A stretch of DNA of 64,000 nt, taken from contig CAJINV010000012.1 in the NCBI GenBank assembly GCA_905178155.1, positions 2,268,131-2,332,130 on the forward strand, given 5' to 3'. This DNA comes from Amoebophrya sp. A120. Lineage: Eukaryota; Protista; Dinoflagellata. This document shows positions 1-11,881 of this stretch, piece by piece (the first letter of the stretch is position 1; every line of letters begins with the position of its first letter). Both the position numbers and the translations under genes were made by a program. The notes under the pieces are model-generated. The model worked only from the letters and a program-made list of their open reading frames with translations, did not search any database and was not told where the DNA came from.

Positions 1-926
1 AAGCACGCGGCGCCGGGGGCACCGCTCTCTTCGCGGTAGTGTCCGACGCTCTTTAGCTCAGATTCAAAAAATATAAAAACAAATCAAATTTGATAGGAAT
101 ACGAGACTTCTTTAAAATTGATTGAGTTTGGCGTGCTCGGAAAAAGACATTATAACTTTCATTCGACATTGACATAAGTGATTTACTCTATTCATATTCT
201 TGAGAAGATTACATGCATTTGAAAAAAAAAGATTATAACCACGAATGCTGAGAGCGAGGAAGCGGTGGCTTAATTATTCGAGAGGTGATGAAAATATGCA
301 TTTTCTTTCTTCCACTTTTTTGTACTTTTGTCTCTTGTTCGGTTTTGCAATTGGGCACAACTTCAGATACACAATTAGAATTACCTTTATTTGCTGCGAA
401 AAATAATGTGACGAGTATGTGTTCACTTACGAAGAACTCCTGGGGGGAGACTTGACAAGCGGTAGCTGCGTCCGGGAAGAGCAAACTTCCAGTCTCGATC
501 GGCGGCGATGGGGGTCGCTGTTTTGACATCAAAGTTTCGCGCACTTCTTCTCGGAATCCCGACTCTGCTGCTTTGTCCACCTGTAATTTTCCCAGTTTAG
601 AAAGAACTTTCTTCATGTCAAGTACGGACATGGATAGGGCGCCCAAGCCATTCACTCAGAATGCAGATGCGCAGCCACGCGGCTATTTTTTCTGTATAGG
701 GCCCACAACTCCGCCACCGCTACGACTACGCCTTGAATCGAAACGGTACAGCCCCCGTCTTCATAAACCAAATAAATCGAGGTCGTGTCGAGCCAACAGC
801 CCATGCAGAGTGCGACTGCAAAAAACGCGACGTGCCTTAGCATCTCTCGCAAAGAAAAAGTCATAGTTTTCGTATAGAACAGCGTACCTGTGTAAAGCGT
901 CCATTCCTGCGCCTGCTGATAAACGA

Positions 927-1286
927 CTAGGAGTGCAAAAGCGGGCGCGTGCCCTGGGTGTCTTCGTTTTCGGATGCGGAAGAGGCGGAGTGCTTCTCGC
1001 TCTCGTACACGAGCGCCCGAAGTTCCAGGGCTTTTTTCAAGTTCCGGTTTGCCCGGCTAAACAGATGCTCCTTTTTCTTGGCAGCTGCCGGCGCGGCCTT
1101 GGCTGCAGAAGGGTGGGCGGCATTCTTGGCCGCGGACGAACCCGGGCTGGCTACTTCGTCATCCGCGGCCACAGGAGAGGATGCACTGGGGACGATTTCT
1201 TTGTCAGTGCTGGACCCTTCGTTTTCGTTGGTCGACCCTGCATCAGTGTCGGTCGCTATCCACCTGTGCAAAACCACATTACCCAC
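927..1286 (-). CDS. Probable coding exon, Ala/Ser/Lys-rich; possibly the last exon of the 1422-3644 gene
   Basis: 119-aa ORF with protein-like composition and a candidate acceptor TTGCACAG|G near 1263. The link to the upstream ORF is unproven. Confidence 0.35.
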   Translation of the reverse strand: MGNVVLHRWIATDTDAGSTNENEGSSTDKEIVPSASSPVAADDEVASPGSSAAKNAAHPSAAKAAPAAAKKKEHLFSRANRNLKKALELRALVYESEKHSASSASENEDTQGTRPLLHS

Positions 1287-1421
1287 CCCACACTCAGACT
1301 CAAGATGGGAGGAACTCTACGATGAACAAGTCCGATTGATTCACACATGAAGAATTTGGCTAGGCAGCGCAGTACTGCCGAGATAGCTAGAAGTTATCTC
1401 GTAGTTAATAGCACATGGCAA

Positions 1422-3644
1422 TCACATTTCAAAAACTAACAAAAAATGTCTCCGCTGCGGAGCCGTGGGAGAGGTCGTGGCTTTCATTTGGCCATGCAAG
1501 CACATATGCACGACAAGTGTGGGGTGGGTGCGATTTTTACACAAGATAGTCGTCAGCAAGTTGCTCACGGTCGGGTTTTTAGATTTTGATTTTGTTTCAG
1601 AAACCGGGGCCGGGATAGGATCTTCTTCCGCGAGCTTCTTCTTGTTCTTCCCCCGCCAGCGAGAAAAACAACAAGACAGCGCGAGTAAGACCGCCGCCAG
1701 AACAAGTGCCAACAGCATGCTGAAAATCCATGACGCTTCGTCTACATCACGGGAAACCATTGCTGTACCCGGCAAGCCTTCCGTTTCTGCCAGAAGACGT
1801 GTGTCCCCGGGTCCTTTGACGATCGGGGCCGCATGTGGCTGAGTGCAGGGCAACACCGTGCATGGCTGGGCAGCTGTCGTCTGCTGTGATGTTTCGCTTG
1901 TACTAGTACTAGTGAGAACCTGCGATTGTGAAGCCTGGGACTGCTGAAATTCCTCTGCCGCAGACGTTTTCTTCGCGAGCGTGGTGCCTGCTGTTTCCGA
2001 GGAGAACGAATGTGCGCTGCTGGGTGTGTTCGCAGCACCATTGCTATCAGATGACTCCGGGAACGCGTCTGTCGTGCTTCCATTTGCGCCCGAGTCGCGT
2101 TTGTCCAGCTCACTTTGGGAGGCTTCTGACAAAAACGACGTCGCATATTTTGGATGCGCAACATTTTCTCCAGCTTGCCAGGATATGGGCCGCGGATCCT
2201 GAGGTTTGCCGCTTCGCAGTTGATTCTCAACTTCAGAGGGGAGGTCACATTTTTTGCCGCTGCCACATCGGTTGCACCAGCCTTCCAGTGTAGTTGATAT
2301 TGGAAGCGATTTTTGTCCTTGCATTTTTCTCGCCTGTTCGGAGAAACGAAATGCTTCCGCAACTGCTCCTTGCTGACGATTTGGAGAAGCCTCGCCCTGG
2401 CCATACACATAAATACGGACGCTCGAGAGTCTTTCAGGATCACCCAGCTTACCACGAAGAGGAGCAAACGCCACGCTCATTTCCGTTTTGATCAGCCCTT
2501 TCTCCTTTTCCGCAATTACCACGCAGCGATTGTTCAGTGCGTTCTTATCAAAAGACCAGTTACAGTCATTGGGCTTCGGCGTCTGTATCTGGTCATTTTC
2601 TTTTTTCCAAGAAATAACTGCAAAGGAGCCCCAGCCGGACCACATATCTTCTGCGCCATGGTTCGGTGGTGTATAGAATGGCGCAGAAAAAATATGATGC
2701 GTAGGAAGTTGTACAATTTTCGCTCGCCCTCGCGCTGTTAGTGTTTGTGTTTCTGTTTTGAAACTGATGGGAACGCGTTCTGCCACATGCCCTCTGAAAC
2801 CACGTTGGATGTCCTCGACCGTTGCGTAATCCAAAGGCGTGATGTGAACACGGGGATGAGCAGGCGTCCCGTCAATCTGGGTTGACCCCGCCGCGTTGGC
2901 ACTCACCAAAGCCTCGCCCATCACTACGGCACTTGGAGGAAGTGTGGGGAGTAACTTAGCGAGAAAGTAATCGGATATGATCTCGTCATCATATCCATCG
3001 GCAATGTCCGGATGATAACTATCTCCCATCGACTGGAGTCCGCTCCCGTCGCTCTTCCCGCGGAGCAAAAACACATCCTCCGGAAACTTCGCTCGTAGTA
3101 ACTTCAGAAGCTGGATGGTGGGTAAACTCTGCTCTCCGCTGACAGCGTCTGATAATGTCCCATTATTTTCACCGAGGTCGTCGATAATGAAAATGATTTT
3201 GCTCGGTGCCCGTGGAGGGTGAGGTCCTGTGGTCGTCCATACGTTTCCTTCTACCGGCAGACTGCTGAGGATGCTCAGCGTGTCATCAAAAGCCGAAAGA
3301 TTTTTTGCAACTACAACAACGTCCGCGCACGTGTTTTTTTGTTCATCTGGAGCATCAGCTTCTGTTTTTATTTCTGGCTCGGGGCTGGCGCAAAGGACAA
3401 GCGTGCTATCAGGTTGTACTGGATTTTGTTCTTGTGCCTGCGTGTAGAGGTTGTGGATAATTTCCATGTTATGCCTATTCTTTAACTGGTCTCGCAACTC
3501 TTTTGATTTTTGCCCACCATCTTGGAGAAGAAAACCTGGGTCTGTCAGTGCGCCATTGAAATTTTTGACCAACTCGTCTGGAAGCGCCTTCGCCTGCGCC
3601 TCGTCTTCGCAAAATTCTTTCAATGCTGACCCCACACTTCCCAT
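1422..3644 (-). CDS. Single-pass membrane protein with a degenerate PPP-family (calcineurin-like) phosphatase domain
   Basis: 740-aa ORF. GEQSLPTIQLLKLLRAKFPEDVFLLRGKSD, LPPSAVVMG and IFSAPFY mirror PP1 motifs. These are followed by a Ser/Thr-rich stalk, the TM segment WIFSMLLALVLAAVLLALSCC and basic RWRGKNKKK. Both ends are uncertain. Confidence 0.7.
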   Translation of the reverse strand: MGSVGSALKEFCEDEAQAKALPDELVKNFNGALTDPGFLLQDGGQKSKELRDQLKNRHNMEIIHNLYTQAQEQNPVQPDSTLVLCASPEPEIKTEADAPDEQKNTCADVVVVAKNLSAFDDTLSILSSLPVEGNVWTTTGPHPPRAPSKIIFIIDDLGENNGTLSDAVSGEQSLPTIQLLKLLRAKFPEDVFLLRGKSDGSGLQSMGDSYHPDIADGYDDEIISDYFLAKLLPTLPPSAVVMGEALVSANAAGSTQIDGTPAHPRVHITPLDYATVEDIQRGFRGHVAERVPISFKTETQTLTARGRAKIVQLPTHHIFSAPFYTPPNHGAEDMWSGWGSFAVISWKKENDQIQTPKPNDCNWSFDKNALNNRCVVIAEKEKGLIKTEMSVAFAPLRGKLGDPERLSSVRIYVYGQGEASPNRQQGAVAEAFRFSEQARKMQGQKSLPISTTLEGWCNRCGSGKKCDLPSEVENQLRSGKPQDPRPISWQAGENVAHPKYATSFLSEASQSELDKRDSGANGSTTDAFPESSDSNGAANTPSSAHSFSSETAGTTLAKKTSAAEEFQQSQASQSQVLTSTSTSETSQQTTAAQPCTVLPCTQPHAAPIVKGPGDTRLLAETEGLPGTAMVSRDVDEASWIFSMLLALVLAAVLLALSCCFSRWRGKNKKKLAEEDPIPAPVSETKSKSKNPTVSNLLTTILCKNRTHPTLVVHMCLHGQMKATTSPTAPQRRHFLLVFEM

Positions 3645-4466
3645 AATTTATGTCTCTGCTTCTCGAGTATAACAAAAACTATGGGCAACAGAGGTCTTGC
3701 TCTTGCGCCCACTGCCATAAAGAGATGTAAACAGAAACACTACGATGAAAAAAATGGAATAAACAAGCACAGCAAGAAAGTGACCATGAACATGATTTAT
3801 TCCGAAACAGTTCAAACCCGCTAGTTCGGCTAGTGCATTTCAGAAACACGTTTCTTCAATGTCTCAATGTCATAGCTGATAAAAATCTGAATATAATAGT
3901 CCAAAGAATCAATAAATCCTTCGGGAATCAATGGGCAACAACTAGAGGATGCGTCCGACTGTCGTCCTGTACTTTGACCAAAAGCAAAGCCAGGGTAGAG
4001 CAGATGAGAAGCTGAAAATATAGGGTCATGATTCATGTCCGGCACACCAGCTGGAGAACGACATTACGCTTACGCGAGACGAACGACGATGTAATATAGT
4101 CACGAGTATAACGAGGCAGCGCGACGTGAACGAAGCAGGATTGGAAACCGAGCCCTTTCTGTTCAACCCGATGCAGTCAGATTCAGAGAATGGACACTAC
4201 TACTACCACAACGACAACTACCTCTACAGACACTGACATCCAAAGCTAGCGTTTTCGACGTGAGCATATATTCAGAAATGTATCTACCATCATCCTATCC
4301 ACGAGAACCAGGAGGTACGGTTTGAGGATTGAAAAATGCGGAGAAACACGGCTGTAGGAAATGTTAGCACAACGACCACGATTCGGTGGACATCGCTTTC
4401 GATACTCATCGCGCAAGTTCAATTTAATACTGCCCAAACAGATAGAAAAACCAGCGACAAATGATC

Positions 4467-7400
4467 CTATCTGCCCCCATCAAGAAACGGGTTCACTTCC
4501 ACCTGAACCTGTGCGCTGTCTAGCTCATCCTCGGCGTAGTGGTCTAAACCCCGTCGGCGTCTATCGTTATACTTGTTTGGATTATCGCCACTATTGTTCA
4601 CGCCCAACACCAACCTCTTTTTGCTACTGCTACTACCCAGCAACTTCTTCTCTTTAATACCGGCGCTCGAGGTTTGAAGATTGTCAGCACCCGCGCCGCC
4701 AGACTTGCTTTGCATCCTTTTATACAGCTTGTCGTACGTCATTTCCAGCAATTTCACCATCGCCAACGACTCCTTTCCTGAGCCTTTTGACGAGTTCTTG
4801 CCGCCACGACCATACTTGCTTCTTCGCTTGTTTTCCCCATTATGTCCAAACTCTTTTTCCACTTTCATCGCGATTTTCTTTTTCATCTTCTCCGCCTGGG
4901 CCGCTTTTTTCCGCTCGAGTTTTAACTTCTGTTCAACTTTCGTCAACTTCTCCTCGAAGAATTGCTTCTGGTCCTCGATCTCCTGTTGGAGCAAAAGTTT
5001 CTCCTTATCGTGATCGCTGACAGATTTCGTGTTCTGGTAACTCTTATCAAGTGCAAATATTTCTGGGTCTAAAAACTTCTGATGCTGGGTGGCGTATCAT
5101 GAGGAGGCCACAAGTCCTGGCTCAACATGGCAAGTTTCTGAGCTGCTTCTAGGTGTTGCGTATTCTGCACGACAAACTGTGTCTCTGCCTGACAAAATAT
5201 TGGAGCTCTTGGGTCATGTGCATGAGAGATTTCAGAGTCATGCCAGACAAGCATGACAAACATGCATTTTTCCAGCCCCAGACATATTTGCACTTGATAA
5301 CTCTCCTCCGCTAGCTCTTCCTGTTCGCGGAGAAATCTTTCCCGCTCCTCTAACTCCTCTTCCAAACCCCGCTTGAAAACAATCTCCTTCTGGATCTCCC
5401 TGTCAATCTCATCCTGCCGGGATTCGAAGGTCCTGTCTACTTTGATGTCATGCGGTTTTTCTAGATCATCATCGAGAGCATCCTGATTATGTGCAGCCAA
5501 GAGATGAAGATGATGTCGGCTTTCTTGCACATTTGTCGTCACCATGAGCTCCTGGAGTTCCAATCTCTGCTTCAAAATTTCCTCTTCCAACTTCCGACTG
5601 ACAGCCCGCTTTTCTTCCAGAAGCTCCTTATCCTTCTGCGCAATCTGGATCTTCTCCAGCAGTTTCCCGGTTTCCACCTTCCCTCTTTCAATCGTCTCAT
5701 TCAAGTCGTTCGTCAGCTTGGACGCTTTCGCGGACGCTATTGGAGAGAGGACGGAGGCGGCGGGGGAGAGAGGTTTATTTTCACCAACTTGAACAAGAAC
5801 TTGTTCGGGGGCTCCTCCTGCGGTAAAATTTTCATCTTCGGGTAAAATCATCTTCGTGTTGTTATCTTTCGAAGTTAGCACCACACTGCTCGCACTGTCC
5901 GCCCCAGACAGGATATCAAAGTCGTTGTAGTAGGCCACAGCACTCTTTCCTCCTCCTCTTGGACTCGGGGCTCCGCCGATCTTCTTCGGCCCTCCACTGG
6001 GAGATGATGACGTCATCGGAGACATCCCGCTATTCAACCCAACGTTCCCGGTCTGCCCGGTTGTTCTTAATTGTCTCCTTCGCGCCAATTCCGCGTCTAA
6101 TTTCGAGTTGTACTTGTCCCACTTATCGGTTTCTTTCGCCGCTACAATTGCGCTCGCGTCCTCGATGCCCTGTTTCACCATGCTCGTGATCGCCGCCTGT
6201 CTCTCGATCGACCGGCTCGTCTATCCTGAGTAAAAACGTCCCCACACCAGAGTTGTCATGCAAATGTGCAATGACAGGGACATTTGTATCGCGCAGCTCC
6301 ATGAGAGGAATTTCCAATCGTCGTGCTTTGGAATCTGTCATGCTGCAAACAGGATGCGAAAGTGGCTTTCTTATGCGCCTTCTCTTGCTAATCAGCACTA
6401 CGCTGCAGAGGGGAAGAACTTGTCATGCACAGCTCCCAAAGCTTGGAGATTTGTGTTGCTAGATTCCCAACTTGACTATGGGGTCGTGGGGACGTTTTTA
6501 CAAACGATATCGTCGCTTTCTGTTGCAACGAACTCGGGTGCGTCCGTTGCAACTGCTCCATGGCACCGCGGGCGCCTAGAGAAACGGAGAGACTTTCCCT
6601 CGCTTCCCGTAGCAACTTGTCCAGCCCCCGGAAGTTCCGGTCCTTCGCCTGGTCGCGCGCCTCGTGGCGCCGGATCACTTCTAAAGCGGTGACGAGCGGC
6701 TTGAAAGCGGACACCGTGTCCGTTTTCGCGAAGTGCTCGTCGAACAGCACCCTGTTCAACTTCCCCAAAATTTCCAGCGCGGACAAGTCGTGCGGGTCCA
6801 TCCTGTTGTCGATAATGGACTGCTGGATCGCCGGGTTGTTCTGGTAGCTGTCCAGAAACCCGTAGGCCTGATTAGACAGCTTCCCCAGACCCGGCACGGC
6901 TCGCGCGTCCGCGCTCAAGGGCAGCTGCGGTGCTTGTCCAGCCTATCCTGAGGAAAAATGTCCCCACACCAGATTCAAGGTGGGAAATTTGCTAGACAAA
7001 TCAACCAGCTTTGGCTGTTTCGCATGACAAGTCCTCTACCCTCGTAGTGTAATCCTGTTTAGCTAGTTCGGAAGCTGCATCACAGATCTAGCATATCATG
7101 CTGATTCTACCATCACAAATTTCAAAACACGAAGAGAGCATGTCTCAGATGGGGCTCCGCATGAGAAACTTTTCTGGCATACAGATTTGCATGACAACTC
7201 TGGGGTGGGGACGTTTTTACTCAGAATACAGCCTGTAGATTCATCATTCCCGGTTGCATCATCTGCGCCGTCTGCCCAACCGTCGTTAGCCGCATCTTCG
7301 ACCCCGCGACACTAGCCGCCCATTTCGACGGCAATCTCCGCGACAACCTGCTCGCGACGGAGTTCGCGCACGACCGCACCATCTCCGGCATGCTCGGGGT

Positions 7401-9929
7401 TCTTCGGACCAAAAAGTAAATCGGCTTGCTGACCTCGTTGTTCATGATTTTCTGGCCCAATTTGTCCGCGTTTTCGGCCGTGACTAACACGTCTTTGATC
7501 GCCACAATCCTATCCCCTACCCCGAGAAAGCAATCCGAGCCCCAGCTGCCCTGCGTGACGGACTTGATTTCCAGATTCCCGGAGGAACCGGAAAGCTGCA
7601 AGCCTAGTTGCTTCGACGTGTTGTACTCCAACTGTGCGTACTGTCTTTCGTACCTCTCCCGGAAGAAGACAAACCTGGCCGAGGGCTCTCCCGATTGCCG
7701 CTTGGCCATCGTGTCTTGGATTTTCTTGATGATCGCGTCGTCGGGGGATTCCTTCGAGAACGTCTCCCACTGCTGCACTGCGGTGATCCTATCCTTGTAA
7801 ATCTGCACCAAAATGTCGTTCATCTGCACGCCCGCGGCCGTCGACCGGTTTTCCGTGGAACTGTCCACGTTGATCACCCGCACAAAAGGAAACGCCGTCC
7901 AGTCGAGCTGAAACCCAAACAACCGGTGCAGCTTTTCCCGTGAGTTCAGCGTCGAGCTGTTCAAAATTTGCGCATCCAGGGATCGTTGCTCCCAACCAGT
8001 CAACCCTAATTCCTTGACATCCTTCGCGGAAGCGAGGTAGGGAATTTGGAACGGGATACTAGAACTGCCTGAACCACTGCCAGATGCCTTGTTTCCACCG
8101 GGCGCACCACTTCCACCTTCCTCCGGCTTGCCCCGGGCACTGGACGGACGATCGGCTCCGCTCCGCGCACTGGACGGGCGGTCGTTGCGACCGGGAGATG
8201 GAGTAGGTGATTTATTACTACCCCCAGCGGGTTGGTCCGGGATTTTTGCGTGGTCGGACGCTGGTGATTTCGAGTCGTCCACTTTCCTTCTCCATTTCTC
8301 CGGCAAATCGCGCTTCACATCCGTCATCCGGGAAAACGTCAGTTGGTCGAACTCCTTCGCGCGTCTGACCAAGTAATGCTGGTTGGCTTTCGGTTTCTTA
8401 CACAATTCTTCTATTTTCTCCGGCTCCTTCTCTGCCAGAATGTCGTTCAAAAGCACAATGCTGTCCCCCTTTTGCAGCCCTCTTCTGTCCGCCCAGCCGT
8501 TGGGTTTTACATCCAGGATTTTCTTCCCGGAAACGCTCATATCCAGCTCGGGCACGTCGGATTTTAGCTGCACGTAGAAATTCGCGTACTTCGCCCGGAG
8601 GAAGAAAAAACTCGCGATTACCTTTTCCTTCTTCATCACCCGTCGGCCAATTTTCGCGATCACGGCGTCATTCGGCGAGTCTTCTGAGGGGGCTTCCCAA
8701 CTGGCGACCTGGGTGATCCTTTCCCCACAGATGGAGAGAATCATGTCCCCGACCACCACTTTGGCCTTGGCCGTTCGTGTATCAAATGCAAATATGTCTG
8801 GGTCTGGAAGGATGCGAACTTGTGATGCGTGGTGCGGATCATACAAAAATCTGTGGTGCATGACTTGCAAAAGGTCCCCATTTCTAGCCATGCCGAAGGG
8901 GCATTTCTCATGCAGAATAGGCATCACCAAGGGGCTGCAGAACCTGTGATGCTAAGCCCTGCATTCGAGACTTGGCGGAGCTTGGAAAAACTGCATGACA
9001 AATCTCAGAATCTTCCAGACCCAGACATTTTTGCATTTGATATCGTGACGGCTGCCCGTCGTCGTTGGTGTCTCGAGCCTCCGCGTATCCACAGTAAATT
9101 TCCCGTACACGTACAAATGCGGTCTCTGCATGACAAAACTGGGCTTCGATCCTAGTCTAGCATGACAAGTTTTACGCTCCAATTTGGTGGAGTTTGTGAT
9201 GCATGTTGTACATGTACGGGAAATTTGTATTGCATACCGCGACGTAAACCTTCGGGAAAGCCGTCCAGTCCAGCTTCATCCCGAACAATTTGAGAAATTT
9301 TTTGTCGGAGGGGATCGCTTTGTCCTTCAGCGTATCGAAATCGATGGAGCCCTGCTCCCACCCGGTCCCCTATGCGTTGCAAATACGTCTGGGTCTGGAA
9401 GGTTGCAACTTGTGATGCTGTCTTTGGATTCCAAAAAGATCTGCATTGCATGACCAGCATGAGGAGTAGGCTTTGTGCTCCGCGGAGAAGGCGTTTGTCA
9501 TGCGGAAGAGGAATGAGGAAGCGCTCTATCTGTGAGTGATGCTAGACCATGCATCACAGGCATCATGGATCACGCAACATATGCATGACAAATCTTGCAA
9601 TCTCGCAGACCCAGACATATTTGCATTTGATATCCCCCCATACTCGGCGATGTTCTTCACGCCGGTCAGGTAGGAGTATAACGGTGCACAACTCCCCCTC
9701 CCCCTCATTTGTATAGCCTGAACGGCAATACAAGCATCAGCAAGAATGCCGGTTTTGCACGACAAATTTGCACTGGAGTATAGTGCTATTGGGGCTACCA
9801 GAACTTGTCATGCAAACAGTGCCACGAAACAAAGGGTGGATTGGGTGTTTTGCATGACAAATGAGGGGAAGGGGAACTTGTGCACTGTCATAAGGAGGGC
9901 AGGTACGGGGGTGGGGCGGATTTGGACAT
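4467..9929 (-). CDS. Large multi-PDZ-domain protein with a C-terminal coiled coil; 8 exons, 7 introner introns
   Basis: Start MSKSAPPPYLPSYL at 9929. Excising the elements at 9677, 9371, 9086, 8780, 6944, 6222 and 5045 (each plus one TSD) joins ORFs 7221-8930, 6388-6918, 5069-6181 and 4467-4994 in frame. PDZ-like motifs include GWADRRGLQKGDSIVLLND and LGLQLSG...LGVGDRIVAI, inside an internally duplicated unit. Confidence 0.8.
5045..5299. mobile_element. Introner family A
   Basis: TIR TATCAAGTGCAAATA/TATTTGCACTTGATA; TSD ACTCT; spliced reading EESY|QNTK. Confidence 0.9.
6222..6509. mobile_element. Introner family D
   Basis: TATCCTGAGTAAAAACGTCCCCAC...GTGGGGACGTTTTTACAAACGATA; TSD TCGTC; restores frame. 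Confidence 0.9.
6944..7228. mobile_element. Introner family D
   Basis: TATCCTGAGGAAAAATGTCCCCAC...GTGGGGACGTTTTTACTCAGAATA; TSD CAGCC; restores frame. Confidence 0.9.
8780..9042. mobile_element. Introner family A
   Basis: 31-bp TIR TATCAAATGCAAATATGTCTGGGTCTGGAAG with 1 mismatch; TSD TCGTG. Confidence 0.92.
9086..9236. mobile_element. Introner family B
   Basis: TAT...AAATTTCCCGTACA / TGTACGGGAAATTT...ATA; TSD CCGCG. Confidence 0.9.
9371..9632. mobile_element. Introner family A
   Basis: TGCAAATACGTCTGGGTCTG / CAGACCCAGACATATTTGCA; TSD TCCCC. Confidence 0.9.
9677..9892. mobile_element. Introner family C
   Basis: TATAACGGTGCACAACTCCCC / GGGGAACTTGTGCACTGTCATA; TSD AGGAG. Confidence 0.9.
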
Positions 9930-11032
9930 GATGGTCGTGATAGATTATCAAGCGACGTTGACGTTGGGATTGGACTAAAGGTCGTGGAGTTAGATCATGC
10001 TAAGTAAAGGCACCATACAAATCTAGTGAAGTGAAAACAAAAAGGAAATACATGCTTGCCGGGAAGGGTATCATGGGTTGTACAACAAATGCAGCACATA
10101 TTGTAGACTACTAGAACTAGACAAAGAAACTACGAAGAAATATCTTGGCGGGTAAGGGTATTGCTGAAACATGGTCGTGAGGTCCTGGTGAAAAAAGTTT
10201 CAACAAGGCAGACGCAATTAAAAACTTAGACGTACACTTTTCTGATAAACAAATCATACGAGTCCTCGGTTCGTTCGACCTGCACTTTATCAAACGGAAG
10301 ATGGACGTGGTGTCGTGTACGATTGAAGACGAGGACTGGACGAGTCGAGCAGTATTAACGACGCATGAATAAAAGCACAACTTTTACGACCGATGGATTC
10401 TGTACTGCTACGCGTTTTCGCGACGACTATATCAAGAACCGAAACTCGTGTGTGGTTTGATTTCAAAACACCGACCGGAGCAGCGCAGCTTTAATACGCA
10501 CGAAAACGTCAGCGTATGATATGCTGTTTTGCAAAACAGTAACGAGACAGATTCGAAATCGCACGGAGGCAAGTGTGTGGTGCCTATGCGTATCCGAAAA
10601 TAGCCGTATGTGCGCAGCTTGGAAGCAAGTTGTTGGCTCGATTTTCATCTTGCTATCGCCATTCGTTCTAATCTCCTGGCGTTTCTGAAGAAACAGCGCA
10701 CAACAAGCAGGTCCTGGAGTTTTAATAGCACTTGTCCGATATTGAAATTTCAAACCCGTCAAAAATCGTACATATTTATTGGTATTTTTGAGAATCCAAG
10801 AACTTGCATGTCAAGCTGTATTCTCTAGGAGACTAAAGAGGTCAGATCACATACAAGCAGTGAAAAGTTTTTACAAAGTATCTGGAATACAAGTACAAGT
10901 AGTCGATAGGGGTGGTCCTGGTCTCCCGGCGGAGGTTGGCGCACAGAGCAGGTGGCAGTACTAGTTTCATCAGTCTTCACAACCAGAACTTATGACCACA
11001 ACCTCTTTATTGGTTTTGGTGCTCGATGATCA

Positions 11033-11881
11033 TTAGTACCTCGCTAAATGTACGTAGTTCGGGTCTCTCGCCCTCTCAATGTCGTACATGGTACCGAGCT
11101 CGCCGCTCCACGTTCTTGTATCCGTCATATTTTGCAAGTCCAGCGCCCGGTAGTTGGGTAACCGATTGTGGCCCAGGAGGGAACTCTGCCCCGCGCCGCT
11201 GACGTGATATGACCTGCTCAAACGTTACAATCTCAAACGTTACAATCTCAAACGTTACAATCTAGACAGAGTTTGGATATCTGTGATGCACGAAGTGCAT
11301 GATCTAGCCAAGTCTCATAGGACTGCGCATGACAAGTTCCGGAGTCCCAAACCGCACTACAATCTGCGGAAATTTGTGTTGCAGAAAGTGGAATGGTCTG
11401 CGAGTCTGTCATGCTCATTATGCAAGACAAATCCCAGATTCTATTGTAACATTTGAGAAGATTGTAACGCTTGAGCAGGTCATACGTGAGTCACTTGTTT
11501 TCTCGTCCTCTTTTGGAAGTAGTGGTAGACAATATCCGGGGTGCAATAGAGGACCATGCAATAGGCGAAGGGGAGTATAGCTGTAGAGATTTTGTTTTGC
11601 TTTGTTTTTGTGCTGAGGCTGGGAGTTCAACTTATAGCTTTGCATGACCAGAAGAATTATACATACGTACTTAAAGTGCGCCGTTCCATAAAATTAAAAA
11701 CTTGAATTTGATGCTTCGAAAGTAGAACAAAAACTGTACCGAATCCAATCAACGCAAACAGCATGACCATCGCCCGGTCGGGGCTGTCTTTGAGTTGAAA
11801 CCCAGCCCACGCGGATTGGACGGACTCCCAAAAGGAATTGAACCCCATGGCGGCGAGAAAGCCAGTGCTTACGACCACCAT
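11033..11881 (-). CDS. Small hypothetical membrane protein (3 exons)
   Basis: Hydrophobic ORF 11657-11881 is joined through a putative GT-AG intron to ILPFAYCMVLYCTPD...VTH. It then continues across introner 11208-11484 into VSGAGQSS...HLARY*. Confidence 0.55.
11208..11484. mobile_element. Introner family E with subterminal tandem repeats
   Basis: TIR TATGACCTGCTCAA(A/G)CGTTACAATCT; TSD CGTGA; CTCAAACGTTACAAT x3. Confidence 0.9.

Noticed and set aside
233-864. Two short minus-strand ORFs
   Set aside because: No convincing gene model could be assembled.
8780-9042. Recurrent peptides such as PDPDIFAFD, NMSGSG and CKSIVLV in many ORFs suggesting a protein repeat family
   Set aside because: They are translations of introner TIRs.
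4467-9929. Fragmented ORFs suggesting pseudogenes disrupted by MITEs
   Set aside because: Each interruption resolves in frame by one rule, and the exons have no stops or frameshifts.
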